Source: Octopus bimaculoides (taxonomy: Eukaryota). From it: DNA of 64,000 nucleotides. A program made the translations under genes and the position numbers. Location: the NCBI RefSeq assembly GCF_001194135.2, contig NC_068998.1, positions 1,958,968-2,022,967 of the forward strand, in the 5' to 3' direction. The notes below the pieces were generated by a model, which saw only the letters and a program-made list of their open reading frames with translations, did no database searches and was not told the origin of the DNA. Below, piece after piece: positions 55,603 through 64,000 of this stretch. The stretch's first letter is position 1, and each line of letters begins with the position of its first letter.

Positions 55603-58038
55603 CTGCAAGAGAATTACAAAAAGAAGATGAGATTTAAAGCTTCCAGGGATAAAAGAAAACCAAAATTTAATAAAGGAAAATGGTTTTGAGGATGAAAAGA
55701 AAAGAAAAAAAGACTAATTAGAAAGTAAAACTAAAGACTGTTAGCTGGGATTGTAGAATATATTTTAAATGTTCCAACCTTAACCCCTGTATTTAAGGTG
55801 AGTCATAGTGAGGGATTGAGGTAGGAAGATGGGATGGTATATCAGTGATTACCTCTGGATTATTTATGGGCAAAATAGAAATCCCTACCTCATAAGGGAA
55901 CTCGGCCCTGAAAAAAAAAACAATATTAAAACAGTGAGCAGTTTAAGGTGTGGCTATGTGGTAAGTGTAGCTGACGGTTGCAAAGTGAACTTGTTAACCA
56001 CACAGACATACACCTGCATTTCTTAGTGAATGCTTAGTTACAGTTTTGATAAGCTAAAATTGTTATGACAAAGTAGATAGACTATCATAAATATCATCTC
56101 CAACACATGACCAGATAACATGGTTTCAAATGTAAAAATGCATGATGAAATAACCTGCTCAAATTACATATTTCAGCTACTAACAACCACTGGGCCACAA
56201 AACCTGCATAGATTAAACACTCCCCCACACAATGTTAGGTATTCAACGTTGATCTGTTACAGAATTTGACATCTCGGTCAGAAACTCTCGGCGTTATATA
56301 ACAAGACATACATGATTTCTTTGTGAAGAAAACAAAAAGGGTTTCAAATTTTGAGACAGGGATAGATTTTCGGGGGGGGGGGGGGGTGATTACAGTTACC
56401 CCAGTACTTATTTTATCAACCACTAAAAGGATGAAAAGCCATATCGACCTTCACAGAATTTGAACTCAGAATGTAAACAACCAGAAGGAAAGGCCAATAA
56501 GCATCTTGCCCAACATGCTAATGATTCGGTTAGGAAGGTATTAGTCGAAACTGTTATTCCTCGTACTTGACTCGGCCTCAGAGGAATAAAAAGCAAAGCT
56601 GACCTAGGTGAGATTTGAACTCAGGATGTAACAAGCCTGAAAAATACCAGAAAGCATTTGGTCCAATGCTCCAATAATTCTGCCAGCTCACCATTCTCAT
56701 AAATGTAAAAGAAACGCTTGACATAAGAGGGGGGCAAGATGAATGCACATGCTGAGCTTGATGGCAGGCAACGAGTAAGCAACACATACACACACAATGA
56801 GAGAGAAATGATCATAAACAGAGGAGGAGTAAGGGAGTAAATGACAGTTATGGAGGGAGTTACACAAATTGAGAAATTTGTCTCATTTAATTATATCTCA
56901 AGTGAATATTTTTCAGAACATTAGAGTCTATTTTATCATTTTGGATATGTACCAAGTAATTTTAATAGAAGTTAAATTATAATTATTGCACGTATTTGCT
57001 GATATTACCCATGATGGCAAAAGTATAGTTTCAAAGTTACCAGTCATTAGACGAGTAACATTCAGGGATACAAAAACAGGATTTGCCTTATTTTATAATT
57101 ATTGTGCTGGATAAGGAAAACGACTTTGTTTTTAGCAATGGTGGAAGTACAACGGACTGAGCCGTCGGTCAATCGGACACTGCCCGAGGACCAGGAGCTC
57201 TGAGGGGCCCACACTCAACATGTTAACTCTACTAAAACACACAAAGAGGCCTGGTAAACAGTTATGCCTGAGGGTCCTTAATACTCTCAGTCCGCCCCGC
57301 GGGATGGTCACGTTTGGATCAACGGTGAGATCATAGGGATGCTCAGTCAACCCTATCCTGGGACTAAATGCTAACAGCTCATATTACTGAGCAACATAAT
57401 GAAATGTCAAACAGGTATTTTGTCCGTCGTTCGATAAGTATATACAACAACCAGGGCTTGTAGCATGTTCTTAAACATCGGTTTCCTATTTTAGTAACAA
57501 GTCGAAATACTAAATTGAAAGTAAATTAAAATATATTTAGTTTCTGTTTGTATGCTGCTACGTAGTTAGTTTATGTAAACTGTTAGTGTTTCAATGACCC
57601 CTATAATAGAACATAACAGAGGGGCGCCTAGGTATGTGCGTATATCGAAGATTGTTCATCATTGAAAGATGGAAATTTACTTCGATTCCGTTACTTCTAT
57701 AGTAAAATAACGGGTAACATCGTTATACAAGATCTCCTTGTAAAAATTAGAAACAGAACGATATATGACTGGATGGTCACATCTGGAACACCTTTGTGTT
57801 ATCTCTTATAATTTGCGGGTTACTGAAATACGGCGATCTACCGAAAGATACAAAATTTCTAGAAAGTATATGTTCTCGTAACAGCATGTAAACAAAGGCC
57901 AATCGCGAACATCTCGCTATTTCATTTGTCAAATGAAACAGCGAGATGGACATTTTTAGTGAAGTGCTTCAACGTGTTGCTGTTAGTGAAATAGGAACCG
58001 ACCCTAACCGGTATCGAAAGACAAAGGTATGTACTTAC

Positions 58039-58389
58039 ACCAACTCCACACGATTCTTCGAACGTTTTGATGTCTACAGGATCTGTAGGGTTAGAAAGAA
58101 GATAGGACAAAGCAGAATCAAGCTGCAGGTCCGAAGTGATTTTGTTTTTACCGATATATTCCACTAACAAAGGGATCTTGTTGTAAATTTGGGATTTCAA
58201 TTTGGTCGACAAATTGTAGAGCAGCTTGCCAACATCTTTGTCGATTGAAGAATTTCCCGATAATTTCTGTACGTTTTCTATGCATTGACGGAGAGTATTG
58301 GACAGAGCAGCATTTTTACAAGTTTCCTTAGCTTTCTGTTCGCTAAGTCCGATGCTGGTGAAGAGAGAAAGCAACTCGGTCGAAGCCAT
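58039..58389 (-). CDS. QARS: Glutaminyl-tRNA synthetase, coding exon 1 (117 codons; eukaryote-specific N-terminal domain)
   Basis: ATG at 58389 (MASTELLSLFTSIGLSEQKAKETCKN...FEESCGVG) resembles the metazoan GlnRS N-terminus. It ends at a canonical phase-0 donor GGT|GTAAGT (intron starts 58038). Splicing to the next exon restores the conserved CGVGVxVTxxQ(V/I)E motif. Confidence 0.96.
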
Positions 58390-58419
58390 GTCGGAATCAA
58401 GCTGGCGAAGGAGGACAAA

Positions 58420-58496
58420 CAGGAAGTAGTAAAACCGGAACTTGTTAAAGGCTGATGTAATAACACGTGGTAACTCCACCGCCACCGCCATACACA
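58420..58496 (-). promoter_or_regulatory. QARS proximal promoter/5'UTR motifs: ETS-like (CAGGAAGT 58420-58427, CCGGAA 58435-58440), E-box CACGTG (58464-58469), YY1-like CCGCCAT (58485-58491)
   Basis: Motifs read directly within about 100 nt of the QARS ATG in CpG-rich sequence. This combination is typical of housekeeping promoters. Function is inferred. Confidence 0.5.
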
Positions 58497-58734
58497 CAAC
58501 TGCGAAGGGACGAAACTATTGTTTCTGACAAAGGTACAAGGCCAGGAATGTAGGAGTGGTGTACAGGTGACTCTATGAGACAAGTATTTCACAGGTACTT
58601 CAGTTTATTGACCGCGGAAGAATAAAAATCAGTAGTTGTTGTATTCGGTAGAATTTCAACTCAAAATGTCTTCATTTGTTTGATGAAATAATTCTCACCT
58701 GTTATAGGTACAAAATCAGCTGAAATTTTGTGGA

Positions 58735-58882
58735 GAGCGGGGTTAGTCGATTACATCGACCCCAGTATCCAACTGGGATTTATTTTATCGAACTCGAAAG
58801 AATGAAAGGCGAAATCGACCTCGGTGGCATTTGAACTCAGAACGTAAAGCCGGAATAAATGCTGCAGAACATTTTGTCCGGT
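58735..58882 (-). mobile_element. tRNA-derived SINE family B (CpG-intact copy)
   Basis: Reverse complement reads GGCAGAATCGTTAGCATACCGG..TTCTGAGTTCAAATGCCACCGAGGTCGATTTCGCCTTTCATTCTTTCGAG..GGGGTCGATGTAATCGACT. Other copies at about 21725-21920, 23000-23095(-), 26000-26180, 33550-33910 (two), 52335-52480, 56395-56700(-, two) and 58960-59060. Confidence 0.8.
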
Positions 58883-59148
58883 ATGCTAACGATTCTGCCG
58901 CTTTCTGTTTGATGTACAACTGTGTCCTTGAATTTATTTTACTTCATTGAATAGCATATAAGGCGGCGAACTTGCTACAATCATTAGAGTCGAACGAAAT
59001 TCTTTGTGATATCTCCCCACCCCCGAAATTGCTGGCCTTGTGCCAAAATTTGAAATCAGTGTGTTGGGTGATCATATTGGCATTCTGGCTTCGATTTCTA
59101 GGCTGGGTTGTTTATTTATTATTTAAGTGTGTATATATATATATATAT

Positions 59149-59309
59149 ATATAAATGAGTAACAAAGGTGTATAAGTGTCAATTTGTTACGGCCGTTTCG
59201 AGCGACTCCCTTAATTGATCCATGAAAGCATTACATTCATCAATTAAAGGAGTCGCTCGAAACGGCCGTAATGAATTGACACTTATATGTCTTTGTTATT
59301 CATTTATAT
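59149..59309. repeat. Long imperfect inverted repeat (~70-bp arms, ~19-nt spacer)
   Basis: 59149-59219 is the reverse complement of 59239-59309 with few mismatches. The core TTACGGCCGTTTCGAGCGACTCC pairs perfectly. Confidence 0.95.
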
Positions 59310-59330
59310 TTTACTCACCTACCCTGGAAT

Positions 59331-59557
59331 CAGCATTGGTTGTCAAGTGATGTTGGAGGAACACAGACACAAACAAACATATATATATATATATATATAC
59401 GACGAGCTTCTTTCAGTTTCCGTCTACCAAATCCATTCACAAGGCTTTGGTCGGCCCGAGCCTATAGTAGAAGACACTTGCCCAAGGTGCCACGCAGTGG
59501 GACTGAACCGGGAACCATGTGGTTGGTAAGCAAGCTACTTACCACACAGCCACTCCT
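59331..59557 (-). mobile_element. tRNA-derived SINE family A (young copy)
   Basis: Head GTGGCTGTGTGGTAAGTAGCTTGCTTACCAACCACATGGTTCCCGGTTCAGTCCC has Pol III A/B-box-like motifs. Body CACCTTGGGCAAGTGTCTTCTACTATAG..GGAAACTGAAAGAAGC with an internal (TA)n. Confidence 0.85.
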
Positions 59558-61911
59558 GGCCAGTGTATCGGATTACCCTGGGTTTTACGTCCATAAAGCG
59601 CTTATATACGTTTTGCGTTAGCTCACAACCACCACCGCTTGACAGCCAGTATTGGTCTGTTTACGTCCAGGTAACGTAGCGGCTCAGCAAAAAGAACCGA
59701 TAGAATAAGTTCCAGACTTAACCATATCAAGTCGTACACAGAACTTAACATGTTAAAAAAGAGCTTGACAACGAATTGTTATCCAGAATATTCAAGGGAG
59801 GCAAATCATTTGCATAACGGCGAATTTTTGTTAAAGCAATTTCTATTGGTCAGTCGTATAAAGAACATCCAATGAAAAGTTTCCAAACATTGTTGGCTGT
59901 TTTAAAGTCAGAGCCGGTTTTAATTTTCCTGACTTGATTATTCCAAACAACGACACACTTCAAGGTTTGGTCTCTCATTTATAACCATTTATGGCTGTTT
60001 CAGCATTTCTATATATATATTTTGGCAGTGACAGCTATCTGTCATTAAATATCGAACTGTATTGATCAACATTTTGTTCTAATTTTACGTGTGCAATTAA
60101 ATATTTCTAACACATAAGTGTGAATTAAAGTCCTACACGAATGTTTTTGTTAGTTTCCCCTTAGACACTTGGTATATATTGTGTGTTTGTGTAAATATAT
60201 ACATTTAGAGTCTTTATATAAAACGGCTGATAGGAAATATTATGTCATTGTTTAATTTCTTGTTAATTGTAATTCTGTTGAATGGCAAATCAGTTGTCTT
60301 GAGACTTTGCCACGCTTTCTGTCCATTCTTTTATTGATGATTAAAACTCGACAATTGTCCACATGTCACTTTCCCTCTCTCTCTTCTGTCTCAACTATTT
60401 CAACCTACCTCCTTTTCTATGCACATAAAGATATAATTGTATATTTGTATATATATACAAAGATATATATAATTATATATATATATATATATATATAAGC
60501 ATACATTCATAAATAAATGGTACAGAGTATTTAGGAAATACACAAAACCGCTTATAAAAGAAACATTAAACTTTTATATTTATTTATCTCAGTATAAACA
60601 GATAAATTTAAGTTCGAGGCGTTTATAGACATCTTTTAAAGATGAGGTGAAATGGGATGTTGAAGTATTGATGGTCGTCCTGATGATATTAATCGCATAA
60701 TGGCTTTTTAACCAGGAATTGAAACTGACCGAGGCGACTTGTCAGGATCTAACGTCATGATCTCCATGCCTGGGACACACATACACACACACACACACAT
60801 AGATGGATAGATAGTTGAATCTCAGTGTGTTTATTATTGGCAGAATGAACCCCACTCCCTCCCCTTCCCGAGTTGGAAAATCTTTTCCAACACACGGGTT
60901 CACATCAGGAATCTCATAAACAGAAAATATATATGTCTATAATGTATGTAGTTGTTGTATGTTGTCATTTAAAAACGCGGAATGCCATAAAGAAATTCAA
61001 AATATTCAAATATTCAACACCTTTACTTTGAGTGAATGTATTTTATTTTCAGAAACAATTATTACTATTACAAGATTAATCGCCTTCGTTCCAGAATTCA
61101 TCGAAGAATACATTTTTCGACGAATTTCTGAAATGAAAGAAACAAGATTTTTGTCTTAGATTGTGGTCTTCCTCGTTCTCTTTTAACGATGATGTAAAAA
61201 TTACGATCATTAATCTTGTTGACTATTACTAAATAGAAAATCACGAAGAAAATATCATGTCAGTCCCTTAAAGGTTGTAACATATCTTATTAATTTAGCT
61301 AAATTAGTTTTAGCCTATCAGTAATTAACTTCAGTGATTTTAATATTTAATTAAAGCCTGTCTGTAATAAACAATAATAAATGACGTCTTTAATTTCTGT
61401 TTAGAATAATCCCCCTCCAAATTATTTACCGGCAACCATGCGGTATTCGTAGACGTTAACGTAATTAGTCTCACAGTTGTTTATTTTACTACCTTGGTAA
61501 TGGATTGACTTAAATCGTCAGAGTTGAATCTGAAAGCCTTAGGGCATTCCTTCGGTTCTTGGCGTTCTGATTTCAAATCTCGCTAAGGTCAGCTTTAGCT
61601 GTCATCTATTCGGAAATGGATTCGACACTATTCGACTAATCCAGGGCGATGGATTGGTAGAATCGTGCGGCATCCGTTTCCGACTGGGGGTGCTTTATAT
61701 GTAGCACTGACATGCATGCTCATTATGTGGTTTTGACACTGTAACATATTTTCAATTTAATGACAGCAAATATTTCCAAATATGAGGCTATTCAACGTGG
61801 AACTGGTTCAGTTGAAAGAGTGTAAGACTAAAGATTTAAAAGTCCCACGTTCAATCATCAGGTTTTGTTAGTGAGGTTATTACGAAGCAAAACTTGTGTA
61901 ATCTGACTGGC

Positions 61912-62105
61912 TTAACCCTTTCACATTCAGATTACTTTGTTAAATGCTTATTATTTCTTCACAATTTTTTAAAAGTTAATTCTGGATTATCTTGTTGCTT
62001 TGAGATTTCAAGGGTAGGTGTGAGAGGCTGGATCTGGTCAGTTTGAACATAAAACAAGGAGAATATTTGGGCTGGATTTGGCCAGTTTAAATTCTAAAGG
62101 GTTCA
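61912..62105. mobile_element. piggyBac-like MITE upstream of the PRPF3 first coding exon
   Basis: TTAACCCTTTC...TTCTAAAGGGTTCA, with the internal GGGTAGGTGTGAGAGG..GATCTGG.CAGTTTGAACATAAAACA shared with the 24.3 kb copy. Confidence 0.7.
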
Positions 62106-62275
62106 GAAAAATGATCTTGACTTCAATATTTTTGCATTTTTCTAAATATTTTGATTTTCTTGATTAATAATGAGTTCCTCAAAGAAATATTTCTAATGCA
62201 TATATTTACATATTGGTTTTTTTTTTTTCTGTTTTAATTTCATTGTTCCTGCAACAACACACAGAACAGTACAAA

Positions 62276-62420
62276 ATGTCTTTGTCACGCAAAGAACTGG
62301 AAGATATGAAGGGGATTATGGACAAAACAGTCCAGAAGTTTCTTGGCTTCAGTGAACCTGCAGTTGTGACAGCAGCATTGAACTGCATTGACAAAGGTTA
62401 TGATAAACGAAAAACTGTAG
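62276..62420 (+). CDS. PRPF3: U4/U6 snRNP Prp3, first coding exon (PWI domain)
   Basis: [41 protein letters not shown] matches the PRPF3 N-terminal PWI pattern ([21 protein letters not shown]). Donor G|GTGAGT at 62421 (phase 1). A pyrimidine tract upstream suggests a non-coding exon further 5'. Confidence 0.95.
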
Positions 62421-62514
62421 GTGAGTAGTTGGTGATTTTTAGTTTTTCTTCTTTGTCCTTCTTTCATGGTATTGTCATCTTTTATATTTGATCTGAAACT
62501 TTTGCTCTTTGCAG

Positions 62515-62627
62515 ATAAATTATCAACCATCCTTGATGATCAGGCTCCACGATTTACAGAAAGACTTTTTGAAGCATGGGATGACTATAAAACCAACAGC
62601 AAACAACTAAAGACTAAGAAACGCAAG
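62515..62627 (+). CDS. PRPF3: PRPF3 coding exon 2
   Basis: Acceptor ctctttgCAG at 62514. Frame continues (D)KLSTILDDQAPRFTERLFEAW...KKRK, completing the PWI domain. Donor AAG|GTGAGT at 62628. Confidence 0.95.
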
Positions 62628-62914
62628 GTGAGTAGTGTCTACAATGAGGGAACTTTTAATAATCTAATGAAGCTAAATGTGAGAGAAAGAGATGAAACAA
62701 TCTTTATATGTCTGTTTTGACATGGTTCTCGTTGAGATGGCAGCATTTTAAACTGGTTCATTTAAATCGATTCTAAGCCATGATAAGTTATGGGTTACCT
62801 GTAACAAGTGGACCATGCATCAACATCACATGTCATTTCATCAGACTGAAGATTAAGAAAAGTTAACATAGTGAGGGAAATTTTCTAGACTCTTCCTGCT
62901 CTTTGAGTTTCATT

Positions 62915-63040
62915 GTATATACACATGTTGTATATAGACATGTATATACACGTATATAGACATATATATACACATGTTGTATATACACGTATATACATGT
63001 TGTATATATACATGTATATACACATGTTGTATATAGACAT
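62915..63040. repeat. Minisatellite ACACATGTTGTATATA(G/C)AC in PRPF3 intron
   Basis: About 4 imperfect tandem units. Confidence 0.85.
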
Positions 63041-63088
63041 CAATCCAGTGTATGTAATTCTTTTTTGGAATAGTATATCTTGAAACGT

Positions 63089-63345
63089 GGAGGCGCGTGG
63101 CGTAGTGGTTAGGGTGTCAGCATCATGATCGTAAGGTTGTGGTTTCGATTCCTGGACCGGGTGGCGCATTGTGTTCTTAAGCAAAACATTTCATTTCACG
63201 TTGCTCCAGTCCACTCAGCTGGCAAAAATGAGTAACGCTGCAATGAACTGGTGTCCTGTCCAGCTGGGGAACACATGCGCCATTGAAACCGGGAAACCAG
63301 GCCCCATGAGCCTGGCTAGGCTTTTAAAGGGCGCATTTATTTTTG
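63089..63345 (+). mobile_element. tRNA-derived SINE family C (young copy in PRPF3 intron)
   Basis: A-box TGGCGTAGTGG and B-box GGTTTCGATTCC, body TTGCTCCAGTCCACTCAGCTGGCAAAAATGAGT and T-rich tail. Older copies at about 1255-1410(-), 15545-15775(+), 25085-25170(+) and 37610-37860(-). Confidence 0.8.
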
Positions 63346-63530
63346 TTTATTATATCTTGATGCATGCACATAAAGTTGTAAACAACAACATGTAAATATC
63401 AGGTTGGATTGACTTTAACACAATGTATATAAAGAAGATGCAAGTTAATGGGTTGGTTTCACAGAATTACTGTTCATCTCATGACAGGGATATTGTTGTT
63501 ATTTTCTTTCTTTCTTTCTTTCTTGTGCAG

Positions 63531-63656
63531 GAAGTTGAAAAGCAAGAAAACATTACAGAAACAGTGATTAGGAAACGCAGACGTTTTATCGATGATGAAA
63601 ACATTAATATTCCTGGACCAGGAAATCCAAGCCCAGGACAGCTTACTGCAGATAAG
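63531..63656 (+). CDS. PRPF3: PRPF3 coding exon 3
   Basis: Acceptor tttcttgtgCAG at 63530. EVEKQENITETVIRKRRRFIDDENINIPGPGNPSPGQLTADK is in frame and resembles the KRR...IPGP...PG.LT linker of PRPF3. Donor AAG|GTAAAG at 63657. Confidence 0.9.
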
Positions 63657-63987
63657 GTAAAGGGGTTTAACTTATAAATTAAAAGTTATGATAAAAAAAT
63701 TATTGTAGTTATGATAAATGCATTATGACACTGAAAATATCAAAGATGAGGCTAATTAATTTAATGTGCTAATAATCTTAATGAATTAAGTATTATAACA
63801 TTGATGTCATACTTACTGTATACCTACTTTTGCACACACCCCTGTATATAATTGCCAAGTTCATCTTATTTTTTTCCTCTTCCACAATTCCTTTTTCTTT
63901 TTTAACATTTTAGTTTTTCAAATTGTGAATTGTTTAATCCAAGGAAATATTTTTCTCTGATTTCTTTTCTCTCTCTTTTTTTCTCAG

Positions 63988-64000
63988 GTCAAAGAAATGA
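63988..64000 (+). CDS. PRPF3: PRPF3 coding exon 4 (partial, truncated by window end)
   Basis: Long pyrimidine tract and ttctCAG at 63987, then GTC AAA GAA ATG (VKEM), in frame and matching the expected (I/V)KxMM. Confidence 0.8.

Noticed and set aside
54010-58592. Overlapping or antisense ORFs within QARS (e.g. 54010-54258+, 54553-54819+, 58278-58592-)
   Set aside because: Shadow frames of a real CDS, with no independent support.
60675-60750. CTGATGA...GAAAC...GTC order suggestive of a hammerhead
   Set aside because: Neither stem I nor stem II can be formed.
63089-63165. tRNA-like sequence with A and B boxes
   Set aside because: It lacks a closed acceptor stem and runs directly into a SINE body with homologs elsewhere in the window. 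It is a SINE head, not a tRNA gene.

Overview
AT-rich, microsatellite- and SINE-dense animal genomic DNA with 7 assembly gaps. The repeat families suggest an octopus or other coleoid cephalopod, but that is inference, not a database result. There is no prokaryotic system or CRISPR array. Two protein-coding genes are well supported, head-to-head at the right end. One is glutaminyl-tRNA synthetase (QARS, minus strand, about 788 aa) with only two coding exons, the second 2,016 nt long. The other is the 5' part of the U4/U6 snRNP gene PRPF3 (plus strand, 4 exons seen, runs off the window). Bases 1-53,000 contain no recognisable gene, only tRNA-derived SINEs, RTE LINE remnants, hAT-, piggyBac- and mariner-like MITEs and simple repeats. 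The CpG pattern suggests 1-44 kb may be the methylated body of an unseen gene with a promoter near 44.3-46.5 kb. The most interesting signals are: (i) a tRNA-headed repeat with a Penelope-type minimal hammerhead ribozyme core at 4.5-4.7 kb; (ii) a ~160-nt hairpin with a hammerhead-shaped scaffold but non-canonical core between the two promoters; (iii) the near-intronless, CpG-undepleted QARS gene with an in-frame upstream ATG. Repeat boundaries are approximate. CpG counts were made by hand on 360-bp samples.
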